41,732 nt of DNA, taken from Candidatus Cloacimonadota bacterium. Lineage in GTDB: Bacteria > Cloacimonadota > Cloacimonadia > Cloacimonadales > WRIO01. The notes below the pieces were generated by a model. That model worked only from the letters and a program-made list of their open reading frames with translations, was not told the origin of the DNA and did no database searches. The stretch lies in the NCBI GenBank assembly GCA_029564175.1, contig JAKQQL010000260.1, forward strand, positions 1 to 41,732. The letters run 5' to 3'. Every line of letters begins with the position of its first letter. Positions within the stretch are counted from its first letter, which is position 1. The position numbers and the translations under genes are program-made. Shown piece after piece: positions 18,449-29,161 of this stretch.

Positions 18449-20602
18449 ATGAATATACCAAACTTCATAATGACACGATTAAAAACACTTAAAACATCCA
18501 AATTAACGCGGATGTACTACACCATTGCCTTATTCTGTATTGTGCTGAATCTGGCGATTATTTATCAGACATTCTTATATAATAAACAAGTCAAAGAAAA
18601 AGCAGTCGAAAACCTGAAGTCCAGAAATACCAGTATGGCGAGAATCTATGAAGAATACAGTAAAAGAACCCTGAATTCAATTAATCAGATACTCTATGAT
18701 ATTAAGCTGCTCTATGAGAAAGATCCCTCAATTATCAATCTTGAGGACTATTATAATACTCATTTTTTAGGCTATGAGGATATTGTTAATTTATTGTCTA
18801 TCTCGGATGAATATGGCAATGTCAGCATGTTTAATATCAAAAATGCAAAAGCAGTCAATGTCTCAGATCGTCCTTACTTTGCCTATCATCGGACGAATCC
18901 CGGCCGGAGAATGTATGTTGGACACCCTTCGCTGGGCAGAGCTACGGGTAAATGGTTTATTCCTATGACCATGAGAATTAATAAAAAAGATGGTTCTTTC
19001 GGTGGAGTCGTCATTGCGTCAATCAACCCATATTATTTTATCAACTTTTTTAAGCAAGTCATTCAGGGAAGAATCTTTATGCTCAATGAAGATGGGATTA
19101 TTATCTCTTGCTGGACAGATAATAATTTTAATGAACTGGGTAAAGATTACAGCAGTTCGCCTGTTTTTTCAATGACGAAATATGCTGATCAGGGAATTGA
19201 TGATTCAAAAAGCATCTTTGATCAGGTAAAAAGAATCAGGGCTTTTCGGGTCATTCGTGACTACAACGTCATCCTGATCGTCAGTAATTCTATAGACAAT
19301 GCATATCATGAGATTGAACCGTATCTGATTGCTTATAACAACTATAGCGCCATCTTGATCATATGTATCAGCATTTTCTCCTTCTGGATGTTTATCGGTA
19401 TCCGAAATCAGCACAGCATTACCCGCTCCCTCATTGAAAGCGAAACAAAAGCAAACTCGATACTCAACACAATGACAGAGGGTGTCGCTGTCCTGAGCAA
19501 TAATCGTATTGTTTTTTATAATCCGAGAACATTAAAAATTTTAAAAGCAGATCATCATTACATAAAAGCACATGAATTTTTTGAATTTTTTAAAATTGAA
19601 GACCGTCTGCAAATCCTGGATAATTCCAAAAAACTGCTTGCAGGAGAGAAAATAGAAAAACGTTTTGAATATCAGATTAAATGTATGGACGGTCAGTTAA
19701 TCTGGATTCATGTGGATAGTTCAACGATTTCCTGGCAGGGAAATCCGGCACTTCTTTTATGTTTCAATGATATCACAGCTCAAAAAGAATGGACAGAAAG
19801 AGAGCATCAGCAAATGATGCGTATTGAATCCATCAATTACCGGCTGGAAAATGAAATTCATGAACGTAAAATGTTAGAAAATGAACGAATCACTATGATC
19901 AACGAACTGAACCAGAAAAATGAAGAGCTGGAACGCTTTGTCTATACCGTTTCACATGATTTACGCAGTCCCTTAATCAGTTTAAAAGGGTTTACCAATT
20001 TTTTAAAACAGGATATCATGTCGGAGCATTCTGAAAAAGCCCTGAATGATATTCAGCGAATTGAATTCTCAGCTGATAAAATGGCATCTCTGATAGAAGA
20101 TTTACTGGAAGTCTCACGTGCTGGCAGAATAATGAGGGCATTTACCAGTGTGAATCTAGAACATACCGTTCAGGATGTACTCAGTATCATTCAAATTTTC
20201 ATACAGACTAAAAAAGCCCAAATCATTATAGATACGCCTTTACCTGACATTACAGGCGATAAACAAAAAATCAGGCAATTATACCAGAATCTTATCGAAA
20301 ATGCAATAAAATATACGCCTCCGGAACGAACCCCTCAGGTGCATCTTGGATTTAATCAGGGTCTAAATGCCTTTTATGTCAGCGACAACGGTATCGGTAT
20401 CTCTGAAGAATACAAAGATACGATTTATGATGTATTTAAAAAACTGTCAGGAGATTCTACCGGTTCAGGCATTGGCCTGTCGATTGTGAAACGTATCATC
20501 GAAAGTCATCATGGGAAAATCTGGTATGAAAGCCAGCTGGACGAGGGTACCTGTTTTTATTTTACGCTTGATCTGAATCATCCGGAGCAAATTGATCAAT
20601 GA
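18449..20602 (+). CDS. Membrane sensor histidine kinase (dCache-like, PAS, HisKA, HATPase)
   Basis: Two TM segments, VSDRPYF Cache motif, FVYTVSHDLRSPL, NLIENAIKY, DNGIG, GSGIGLSIV. Confidence 0.93.
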   Translation: MNIPNFIMTRLKTLKTSKLTRMYYTIALFCIVLNLAIIYQTFLYNKQVKEKAVENLKSRNTSMARIYEEYSKRTLNSINQILYDIKLLYEKDPSIINLEDYYNTHFLGYEDIVNLLSISDEYGNVSMFNIKNAKAVNVSDRPYFAYHRTNPGRRMYVGHPSLGRATGKWFIPMTMRINKKDGSFGGVVIASINPYYFINFFKQVIQGRIFMLNEDGIIISCWTDNNFNELGKDYSSSPVFSMTKYADQGIDDSKSIFDQVKRIRAFRVIRDYNVILIVSNSIDNAYHEIEPYLIAYNNYSAILIICISIFSFWMFIGIRNQHSITRSLIESETKANSILNTMTEGVAVLSNNRIVFYNPRTLKILKADHHYIKAHEFFEFFKIEDRLQILDNSKKLLAGEKIEKRFEYQIKCMDGQLIWIHVDSSTISWQGNPALLLCFNDITAQKEWTEREHQQMMRIESINYRLENEIHERKMLENERITMINELNQKNEELERFVYTVSHDLRSPLISLKGFTNFLKQDIMSEHSEKALNDIQRIEFSADKMASLIEDLLEVSRAGRIMRAFTSVNLEHTVQDVLSIIQIFIQTKKAQIIIDTPLPDITGDKQKIRQLYQNLIENAIKYTPPERTPQVHLGFNQGLNAFYVSDNGIGISEEYKDTIYDVFKKLSGDSTGSGIGLSIVKRIIESHHGKIWYESQLDEGTCFYFTLDLNHPEQIDQ

Positions 20603-20731
20603 AACTGATTCAAAAAGGATCATATTCTTCATTTTGAATCATTAACAAGGACTTTTGTTGTCTAAATAGCGACATGCTTGCGTGAACTCGCAAACAATTT
20701 ACTGAATTATAATTGACCAGCTTGCTTATAT

Positions 20732-20888
20732 GAGTCTGCTATAAAAACTCAATATTATGAAAGAAAGATTAATTTTAAGATGAAAAAATACATAAAATTC
20801 AGGAAAGTTGTTTAAAATGCCATTTTTAAGCATTCTTTTTCGTGTTTTTAGTGTATTTAGTGGTTCATTAGCTTTTTATAGTGGACTC
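20732..20888. mobile_element. MITE, 157 bp, with 4-bp ATAT target duplication
   Basis: TIRs GAGTCTGCTATAAAAA / TTTTTATAGTGGACTC; ATAT at 20728-20731 and 20889-20892; inverted homolog at 5459-5618. Confidence 0.8.
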
Positions 20889-21131
20889 ATATATAGAACT
20901 TTGAATTAGTCTTTAATATCTTGTTTAAAACAAAATAGCAGATGAAGTTTGAGTCTGTATTAAAAAAAGCTTTCGTTGTTATGCCTTTTTTAGGAGCTGG
21001 TTAAAAACATAAAACTCTTAAAATCAGCGTAATCCGTGTCTAAAAATCTTATCCTTTCAAATTCAAAGCTCTCATATAGTTTATAATTGGAACTATTTTT
21101 GCATACTATATTCGGACACGGAGGACAAACG

Positions 21132-23924
21132 ATGAAGAAATTAATCATTATAACTGTCATCATTACGATATGTCAGTTGTTGTCAGCAGCTTGGCTGACG
21201 AATGAACCCATGACGGTTTACCAGCCAGACGGCACAAAAATTGAATGTTTTGCAAGTGGTGATGAATTTCATAACTGGCTACATGACAAAGATAATTATA
21301 CGATTATTCAAAACCAGAAAACAGGTAACTGGGTTTGGGCTGTAAACAAAGGGACACAGCTTGTAGCAACTGATTACAGAGTTGACAAAACAAATCCTGT
21401 ATTTTTGAATATCCAGCCAAAAGCGAATATTTCAAATGATGAATACATGGCTAAAAGAAAGAAATTTCTTGATACCACCAAAGATATGCCCTCTAAAGCT
21501 CCCACTCAGGGAATCATTAATAACTTAGTTGTTTTCATCAGATTTTCCAATGAAAATGAGTTTAATCAAAATGTAAGTGTATATGATTATATGTTAAATG
21601 ATTCAACAGCTACCGGAAATTCAATGAAAAACTATTTTAAAGAAGTGTCCTATCAGACACTAAACGTCAATTCTACATTCTATCCTTATCCAGATGCCAA
21701 CAATCTGGTTGTTTCTTATCAGGATATTCATCCACGTTCCTATTTTCTGCCATACAGTACCAGTAATCCTGATGGATATCAGGATGATGAAAGAACTGAG
21801 CGTGAACATAAACTGTTAAAAAGGGCATCTGAAGCCATTGCTTCTCTTGTACCAACAAGTATAAATCTGGATGGTGACGATGATGGTCGTGTCGATAATG
21901 TCTGTTTTGTCATCAAAGGTTCTCCAGGTGCATGGGCAGATCTCTTATGGCCTCATCGCTGGTCATTATTTTCTGAAACTGCTTTCATCAATGGTAAAAG
22001 AGTATGGGACTTTAACTTCCAGTTACAGACTTCTTTGACCTCTTCAGGTTCAAGCGTATTATCCCACGAAATGTTCCACTCTCTGGGTGCACCTGATTTA
22101 TACCGTTATAATTATGATGGTAATCCTATTGGTGGCTGGGATTTAATGGCAAGCAATTCCAATCCACCTCAGCACATGAGTTCATATATGAAATACCGTT
22201 ACAGTACCTGGGTTACTGACATTCCAGTGATTTCTCAGGATGGAAATTACAGCCTTAAATCGGTAAAATCTGCTATTAATAACTGTTACCGTATCAATTC
22301 TCCTTACAATGCCAATGAATACTTCGTCATTGAATACAGAAATACAGAAATGGGTATGTTTGACAGTCAGTTGTATGGTTCAGGACTCTTAGTTTACAGA
22401 GTCAACAATCTATACAGCGGTGAAGGAAATGCACAGGGACCTCCAGATGAACTTTACGTCTATCGCCCAGGTGGTTCAAATAATTCTGATGGTTCCATCC
22501 AGAGTGCCTATTTTTCACTCGAATCAGGCCGTACTCAAATCAATGATGCTACTAACCCAAACAGTTATCTTTCAGATGGTGGTTTAGGCGGATTGAATAT
22601 CTACAACATCGGCAGTGCTTTAGGCGATTCTATCACTTTCACTGTACAAATCGTTGGCGCAAGTGCCGATGATATCGATGATGATTTTGAAAACGATACT
22701 TTTGCTGATTATGACTGGCAAAACTTTAGCGAATCACCATGGACAATTGCCAATACCGGTTATCAGAGTGATCACTCAGCAAAATCAGGTACTATTGGCG
22801 ATGGTGAAAATAGCAGCCTGGAAATTACCCTGAATGTGACATTTGGGTTTGTTCAGTTTTATAAGAAAACTTCATGCGAAAACAATGGAGACTTCCTTAA
22901 ATTCTATATTGACAATGAATTAAAAGGTTCATGGTCTGGCATTAGCGGATGGCAACATATTCAGTTCCCTGTCAGCAACGGCATCCATACATTCAAATGG
23001 GAATATGCAAAAAATACTTCAGGTACAATGGGTGATGATGCGGTTTATGTGGATCGTATTGGATTCCCTGAATTTGCAGGCCCTGTTTATTATCCTGCCA
23101 GAAATCTTTCTGCCGATCTTGATGGCCGTTTTGTCAACCTTTCATGGGATAGCCCAATTCCTTCCGTTTTTTATGACTTAGGTCCTGTCGTAGCATATAA
23201 GGTCTTTTGTAACAATGAACTGATCAATACGGTTAACGGAACAGAAAACACAATGACTCATGGGCCTATTCTGGGGGGTACTCAGTATTATAAAGTGGTT
23301 GTTGTATATCAAAATGCCGAATCAGAACCCTCCAACATTATATCCGTTGTGATTCCATTTAGTGAACCATTAAATTTAACGGGTGAAGTGCATGGACAGG
23401 CAATCAAGTTAAGCTGGCAGCCACCTGCTTATGTCAATCGTGGTTTTGCTGGTTACAAAGTTTACAAGAATGGTTCATCGATTACAACCGGAGTCATGAA
23501 TGACACGACTTATGTAGATGAGAATGTCGTCAATGGCGAGACTTATTCATATACAATCAGAGCCGTCTATACCAATCCAAATGGTATCTCTCCTCATTCC
23601 AATTCAGTCTCTATAACTGTCAATAGTATTGATATTACGCCAGTTAACAAGACTGCACTAAATGGGAATTACCCAAATCCATTCAATCCAAGTACCAGCA
23701 TTTCCTTCAGTTTAAAAAACAATTCGAAGGTCAAGATTGCCATTTACAATGTAAAAGGTGAATTGGTAAAAGAATTGCTTGACAAGAATATGCAGGCAGG
23801 TAAACATAGTATTGTATGGGATGGTAAAAATACAAATCATAAAACAGTTTCTGCTGGAATTTATTTACTGAGAATGATCAGTAATGATTATCAGTCCACC
23901 AGAAAAATGATAATGATTAAATAA
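21132..23924 (+). CDS. Secreted M6-family (immune inhibitor A-like) metalloprotease with FN3-like repeats and FlgD-Ig/T9SS-type tail
   Basis: Signal peptide MKKLIII, QPDG..GDEF prodomain, HEMFHSLGAPDLY zinc motif, WDLMA Met-turn, EYFVIEYR, NYPNPFNPST tail; GGAGG RBS. Confidence 0.93.
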   Translation: MKKLIIITVIITICQLLSAAWLTNEPMTVYQPDGTKIECFASGDEFHNWLHDKDNYTIIQNQKTGNWVWAVNKGTQLVATDYRVDKTNPVFLNIQPKANISNDEYMAKRKKFLDTTKDMPSKAPTQGIINNLVVFIRFSNENEFNQNVSVYDYMLNDSTATGNSMKNYFKEVSYQTLNVNSTFYPYPDANNLVVSYQDIHPRSYFLPYSTSNPDGYQDDERTEREHKLLKRASEAIASLVPTSINLDGDDDGRVDNVCFVIKGSPGAWADLLWPHRWSLFSETAFINGKRVWDFNFQLQTSLTSSGSSVLSHEMFHSLGAPDLYRYNYDGNPIGGWDLMASNSNPPQHMSSYMKYRYSTWVTDIPVISQDGNYSLKSVKSAINNCYRINSPYNANEYFVIEYRNTEMGMFDSQLYGSGLLVYRVNNLYSGEGNAQGPPDELYVYRPGGSNNSDGSIQSAYFSLESGRTQINDATNPNSYLSDGGLGGLNIYNIGSALGDSITFTVQIVGASADDIDDDFENDTFADYDWQNFSESPWTIANTGYQSDHSAKSGTIGDGENSSLEITLNVTFGFVQFYKKTSCENNGDFLKFYIDNELKGSWSGISGWQHIQFPVSNGIHTFKWEYAKNTSGTMGDDAVYVDRIGFPEFAGPVYYPARNLSADLDGRFVNLSWDSPIPSVFYDLGPVVAYKVFCNNELINTVNGTENTMTHGPILGGTQYYKVVVVYQNAESEPSNIISVVIPFSEPLNLTGEVHGQAIKLSWQPPAYVNRGFAGYKVYKNGSSITTGVMNDTTYVDENVVNGETYSYTIRAVYTNPNGISPHSNSVSITVNSIDITPVNKTALNGNYPNPFNPSTSISFSLKNNSKVKIAIYNVKGELVKELLDKNMQAGKHSIVWDGKNTNHKTVSAGIYLLRMISNDYQSTRKMIMIK

Positions 23925-23971
23925 ATTTATAACCGAAAGGTTATAAGACCCACAACCTCCTAAGACCCTAA

Positions 23972-24003
23972 CCGCCTGAGAATCCTCAGGCGGCCTTTTT
24001 TTT
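23972..24003 (+). terminator. Rho-independent terminator
   Basis: CCGCCTGAG-AATC-CTCAGGCGG followed by a T-tract. Confidence 0.85.
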
Positions 24004-24055
24004 AAAATTTAAACTGTTTTAACAAATAAAAATACATAAACAGGGAGGTGAATCT

Positions 24056-26638
24056 ATGGATTCATTCAAAAGAAAGGCCTGTAAGCAGAAAGCTTGCAGG
24101 ACAAAACTGATTTTTTTATTTAGTATGCTGTTCTGTCTGATGTTTTCAGCTTTATATGCAGACACTTCTGACAATCTTTTAAAAACACTGATGAACAAAG
24201 CAGAAAAGAACCTGAGTGTTCTTCCTTCCTACTGCAAGAAAGATTACACGGCACTGCTAAAAAAATACCCTGACCTTTTAATGTCATTCTTACTTTCTTA
24301 TGAAGAAAATGGCAGACTGGCTGTTGTCAACCCTGATATTATCGAGAGTCATTATCTTTCTGTTAAAGCGCTGATGAAAGAAAAAGGAATCACAAAACCT
24401 GATGCCTTCTTCTTATCTTATGTTGCCAAACTCACTGTCAGTGATGAAGCGATCAGTGATTACAGACGTTTTTTTGAACAGCCTGCTTCTGAAAATAAAA
24501 CAGGTGCAAATCTGTTAAAACTGAGACAGGAAGCAAAATCTGAAGAAGATCTTTACCGTCTTGCAATGCTTAAAACCAACGAATATCTCCGTTATAAACC
24601 AACCAGTGGCAGAGACCAGGGACCTCTGGATGTCGCCACAAAATCCCTCTATGGGCGTTGTGAAGAATGGCAAATCTTGTTTGTATCTATCTGTCGTACG
24701 CTTGGTTTACCGGCCAGAGCAGCCAGTACTCCCTGGTGGGCTCATCAGGACGATAATCATGCCTGGTCAGAAATTTATATCAACGGGGCATGGCATTATG
24801 ACGGAGACTATTATCCAGACCAAAACTGGTTTACCGGCTTAAGCAATAAAATGGTGATCATTACCGCTGATGGTTCTTTACCATCTGAAGAAGATGAAGT
24901 CTTATCGCAGGATGAATATGGTGCAGTCATCAACAGTGTTCGGTTTTATGCTGGAGAAAATACAAGAACCATGAAGATAAAAGTGCTGGACAAAGAAGGT
25001 AAACCGATCGCCAAATGTCCTTTATCTATCAACGTTTATAATACATACAGCTTAAGATCACAGGCTTATACGCTTTGCGATGAGAATGGTGAAAAAAGTC
25101 TCAGTGTTGGTGCGGGTGCATTTTATCTTTTAGCCTTCAAAGATGGTTTTAATGCGATTCGCTACATTCCGGCAGGTGGCGACAAAGAACAAAGCATCCA
25201 GCTGATTCTGGATAAATCAGATATTCCTGCGCAATCAGTTGATATGAAGTATCCGCCCCGTCAAGTTCATTCTAAAGAAAATCCTCAGGAATGGCGTGAT
25301 GCCAATCAGCAGGCCAGTAACAACTGGCAGGCTAAGATTGATCATGCTGAAAATCAGATAAAAGCCCTGACTAATAATTATAATCCACAAGACAGTCTGC
25401 TTGTCAAGCTACTCAAACAAAGCCGTTTAAACTATCCTTTGTGGCATGTTTATTTAAAATCGAAGTCTGCTAATCAGGAATGGTTACAGACGCTGCTTGA
25501 CAGTGATGAAAAAAATCTTTGGCAAACTGGCAGTCTTCAGTTTATCGAACGTATGAAAACCTGGTATGACTCTGTTTCTCCAAAGATTTCTCATCTGAAT
25601 CAAGACGAAAAACTCAATTTACTCGACCCAACTGTTTTATATGAAAGTCTTCCCTGGCATTCCTATTATCTCAGTGCGAATCATTTAAAGGATGGTCTCT
25701 ACCCGAACAGTATGAAGCTAAAAAAGGAAGGCAGTGCTAATGTCGCAAAAGTGATTCGTCATTTCCAGAAAAAACATAAGATTAACTATGATAAAGCACT
25801 CAAAGGCTTAATTCCTATGGAAACGGCACTCAATCAGAAATATCTAACTTCATACCAGTATAAAATTCTGGCAGTCAATTATTTAAGAGCCAATGCTATC
25901 CCTGCAGTTTATACCCGTCTTTCTAATGTGATTGGAGTGTATGCAGATACTACCTGGCAATATTATGATGTTGTAAAAAATAAAACTTATCAGCCCGACG
26001 CACCTAAAGACAACTCTACAGATAAAAAAGTGCCTTTAGTGATTAGCTGTTATGACGAAGAAAACCAGCCTTTAGCCCTTTCTACTCAACAAATCCAGAT
26101 TTGTTTTATGAAAGATGGTGTTTTCTTCCCTGTTTATGAGTCAGTTCACTATGAGGGGAATGGCATTTTTAAAACTGAAATTCCTGAAAAAGGCTCATAT
26201 TATGCCCAAATTGGTTATCGACACAGTGACAGTCTGACAGTTTATTTCCTCGAACCGCTTCATGTGGATGGAAAACCTGTCAGCACTCTTAATATGCTTT
26301 GTAAAAACTATCCAAGAGGTTGGAGTAATGCGGAAGAATTTCTCAGACCTGTCATAACTGAGCTTGATTCTATGGGCTATCAATACGCAGTTGTAGGCAA
26401 TTTCACTCATGAAAACAGCTTAAGAATGGCTCAGAAACTTTTAGGCAGTCAGGTAAAATTTGTCATGTTAGGTCAAAGTGAAAGCAAAATCAGCGAATAT
26501 GATTACAAAGTCTCTCCTGCGCTTTTACAGCTTATCAAAGAAATTCCTTCTATGAGTAACCGGACAATTACCCTGATTAAATCTGAAAAAGACAATACAT
26601 GGAAAATGTATGAAGGTTTATGGGAGAAACTACCGTGA
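24056..26638 (+). CDS. Exported transglutaminase-like domain protein
   Basis: GRCEE...RTLGLPAR...WWAHQDDNHAWSEIYINGAW Cys-His-acid core; hydrophobic N-terminus; GGAGG RBS. Confidence 0.88.
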   Translation: MDSFKRKACKQKACRTKLIFLFSMLFCLMFSALYADTSDNLLKTLMNKAEKNLSVLPSYCKKDYTALLKKYPDLLMSFLLSYEENGRLAVVNPDIIESHYLSVKALMKEKGITKPDAFFLSYVAKLTVSDEAISDYRRFFEQPASENKTGANLLKLRQEAKSEEDLYRLAMLKTNEYLRYKPTSGRDQGPLDVATKSLYGRCEEWQILFVSICRTLGLPARAASTPWWAHQDDNHAWSEIYINGAWHYDGDYYPDQNWFTGLSNKMVIITADGSLPSEEDEVLSQDEYGAVINSVRFYAGENTRTMKIKVLDKEGKPIAKCPLSINVYNTYSLRSQAYTLCDENGEKSLSVGAGAFYLLAFKDGFNAIRYIPAGGDKEQSIQLILDKSDIPAQSVDMKYPPRQVHSKENPQEWRDANQQASNNWQAKIDHAENQIKALTNNYNPQDSLLVKLLKQSRLNYPLWHVYLKSKSANQEWLQTLLDSDEKNLWQTGSLQFIERMKTWYDSVSPKISHLNQDEKLNLLDPTVLYESLPWHSYYLSANHLKDGLYPNSMKLKKEGSANVAKVIRHFQKKHKINYDKALKGLIPMETALNQKYLTSYQYKILAVNYLRANAIPAVYTRLSNVIGVYADTTWQYYDVVKNKTYQPDAPKDNSTDKKVPLVISCYDEENQPLALSTQQIQICFMKDGVFFPVYESVHYEGNGIFKTEIPEKGSYYAQIGYRHSDSLTVYFLEPLHVDGKPVSTLNMLCKNYPRGWSNAEEFLRPVITELDSMGYQYAVVGNFTHENSLRMAQKLLGSQVKFVMLGQSESKISEYDYKVSPALLQLIKEIPSMSNRTITLIKSEKDNTWKMYEGLWEKLP

Positions 26639-26684
26639 TTTTCACTCAATTTTCTAATCACTCATCAAGACTGAGGAGCTGTCA

Positions 26685-27173
26685 ATGAGAAAAATAATCA
26701 CCTGGATCATCATCCTGATGTTAGTCTTAACATCTGGTTGTGCAAGCTTAGTCAGTGGTACAACAAAAAAGATAATGATCAGTAGCGTCCCCTATCAGAC
26801 CGATGTTTCAATTAAAGACAAAAACGGTACGATTGTCTATAAAGGCGTAACGCCCTGCGATGTAGTACTGGCACGTGAATCAAACTATTATGTCAGCATT
26901 TCTCATCCAGGTTATAAAACTCAGGAAATACCGATTTTCAGACAGTTTAATGGTTGGACTTTGCTAAATGCATTGTTAGGTTTCAGTGGTGTCATTGGTA
27001 TTATAATTGATATGGCTACAGGAGCCTTTTGGACACTCAATCCTGATCTGATATATGTTTGTTTGGTTACAGCACAAAATGAAAACAATATCTCAAAGAC
27101 CTATGCAGTTGTTCAGTATATGAATCATGAGAATAAAACTCAGACAATTGTCAGAGAAATGGAAAAAGAATAG
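26685..27173 (+). CDS. PEGA-like domain lipoprotein
   Basis: Lipobox LTSGC, ISSVP...GVTP...PGYK, and IIDMATGAFWTLNP motif. Confidence 0.75.
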   Translation: MRKIITWIIILMLVLTSGCASLVSGTTKKIMISSVPYQTDVSIKDKNGTIVYKGVTPCDVVLARESNYYVSISHPGYKTQEIPIFRQFNGWTLLNALLGFSGVIGIIIDMATGAFWTLNPDLIYVCLVTAQNENNISKTYAVVQYMNHENKTQTIVREMEKE

Positions 27174-27320
27174 TGTGTTTAAATGCAATAAAGACCAATC
27201 TGATAGGCAGAGCTAAAGTAACGTAATCCCCTCTTGAAGAAGTGATTTTATCTACAAGCAGGATTTATATTACAAATCATAAAGATACAAGCAAGATGCT
27301 TATATTACGAATCATAAAGA

Positions 27321-27344
27321 AGAGACGCTCAATAGAGCGTCTCT
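27321..27344. terminator. Bidirectional terminator hairpin between convergent genes
   Basis: AGAGACGCTC-AATA-GAGCGTCTCT perfect 10-bp stem. Confidence 0.75.
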
Positions 27345-27406
27345 TGATATATCAGACATAAAAAAGCTTAGTCTTCTTGAAATCAGAAGCAGAATGTAAG
27401 CTTGTT

Positions 27407-28219
27407 TTATTTTTCTGTAATCTTCATAATATGATTTACAATATCCTGAATCTGAAGGCCTGCAGGGGTATGTGCTTTATGATAAATGTACGCATCACCT
27501 TTATCAGAAGAATCTGTAATTTCTTTTTCAAAATCCAGTTTTCCCAGTAATTCAATACCAAAGTCTGCAATTGCTTTTTCTGAATTTTGACCTTCAAACA
27601 GAGTAAAATGCTGACCACAATGAGGGCATTTTACTGCTACCATATTTTCGATCAGGCCAATAACCGGCATTTTTACATCCTGACAAAAACGGATGCTTTT
27701 TCTGACATCCAGATAAGCAACATCTTGCTGTGTGGTTACTATCACTGACTGAGTTCCTTCACCAAGTGTCTGAACAACAGATAAGGGCTCATCGCCGGTT
27801 CCCGGAGGGCAGTCAATAATCAGATAATCGAGCTCAGGCCATTCTACATCACTCATAAATTGTTTAATCAGCGACATTTTCATCGGTCCGCGCCAGATAA
27901 CCGGATCATCAGCACTTTTCAAAAAGGAAGCAATAGAAATAATATGAAGATTTTCATGGCGGGTAATAGGGGCCAGTCGGTTGTTATGATTACCGGTAAT
28001 GCCCTGACCTTCGATACCTGTCATTTTAGCAATAGAAGGTCCATGAATATCGACATCCATCAGACCGACAGTCTTACCTTGCATTAAAAGACCGTATGCC
28101 AGATTGACAGCAATTGTGCTTTTCCCAACGCCGCCTTTTCCGCTCATGACCATGATTTTGTGTTTGATACGTCCCAGATTTTCCTGTAGATTCATCTCTT
28201 GTTCTTTATTTTCCATCAT
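27407..28219 (-). CDS. mrp: Mrp/NBP35 (ApbC) Fe-S cluster carrier ATPase
   Basis: SGKGGVGKST, DVDIHGPS, VIWRGP, DCPPGTGDE, ENM...CPHC; GGAG RBS before ATG 28219/28216. Confidence 0.93.
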   Translation of the reverse strand: MMENKEQEMNLQENLGRIKHKIMVMSGKGGVGKSTIAVNLAYGLLMQGKTVGLMDVDIHGPSIAKMTGIEGQGITGNHNNRLAPITRHENLHIISIASFLKSADDPVIWRGPMKMSLIKQFMSDVEWPELDYLIIDCPPGTGDEPLSVVQTLGEGTQSVIVTTQQDVAYLDVRKSIRFCQDVKMPVIGLIENMVAVKCPHCGQHFTLFEGQNSEKAIADFGIELLGKLDFEKEITDSSDKGDAYIYHKAHTPAGLQIQDIVNHIMKITEK

Positions 28220-28387
28220 GTTAGCACTCCTTAATATGGATTTTATTTTTAAAGGTAGTTTTGCACATATGCCCATTATGTCAAGAGAAAATTTCTAATC
28301 TGTTCAATTTGTTTGACAAAAAAGCCAGTAAAAAAATAATAAACTAAGTCTTTCAATTGGATTAGAGATAAAGGAGCTGATAAGACA

Positions 28388-29161
28388 GTGATTGAAGTAA
28401 AACAAATCAGTAAGACTTTTAAGAAGAATATGCAAAGCTTCTATGCCTTAAAAGAGATTAGTTTTATCCTTGAAAGAGGTAGCACTTGTGGTCTTATCGG
28501 ATTGAACGGAGCTGGCAAAACGACTCTTCTCAGGCTTTTATCCGGCATATTTCAGTGTACTGACGGCGAAATCAGCTACGATGAATTGTCTATTACTGAT
28601 TTTAAACGTCAAAATCCTTATCAGATTGCCTATTTGTCAAATGACACTCAGGTTTATCAAAGGCTGACTATCCGGGAATATCTGCAGTTTTTCTCCCGAA
28701 TCAGACAGGTACCCAAAAATCTTTTTGAGCAAAAGCTCCTTTATTACAGTCAGAGATTAAAGATTGAAAATGAGTTGAATACCCTTCTGGAAAATACATC
28801 GACAGGCACCAGGCAGAAAGCAGCTTTTTTATCTGTAATTATGAATCATCCGACTTATCTTTTTCTGGATGAGCCTTTTGCCAATATTGATATTCTGATC
28901 GCAGAAGAAATGCTGAGCATTTTAAAACAACTCAAAGCAGAAGGCACTGCCATCATGATTTCGAGCCATAATCTTTATGAAATTGAAAGTATATCTGACC
29001 AGATTTTATTGCTGGAAGAAGGGAATATTCGGCTAAACTGCCAGATGGAAGATTTACAAAACCGTTTTCCACAGCAATCATTAAAAGAAATAATTCTCCA
29101 TCTGATGAACGAACAGAAAGCAGATGATCAAGATGAATGTAATTTGGCAAATTCTGTTTAA
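28388..29161 (+). CDS. ABC transporter ATP-binding protein (NatA-like)
   Basis: GLNGAGKTT, degenerate signature STGTRQK, LDEP, SSH. Confidence 0.88.
   Translation: MIEVKQISKTFKKNMQSFYALKEISFILERGSTCGLIGLNGAGKTTLLRLLSGIFQCTDGEISYDELSITDFKRQNPYQIAYLSNDTQVYQRLTIREYLQFFSRIRQVPKNLFEQKLLYYSQRLKIENELNTLLENTSTGTRQKAAFLSVIMNHPTYLFLDEPFANIDILIAEEMLSILKQLKAEGTAIMISSHNLYEIESISDQILLLEEGNIRLNCQMEDLQNRFPQQSLKEIILHLMNEQKADDQDECNLANSV

Noticed and set aside
18349..18501. N-terminal extension of the LiaF-like ORF
   Set aside because: It overlaps the divergent promoter region and the kinase start; a strong RBS supports ATG 18348.
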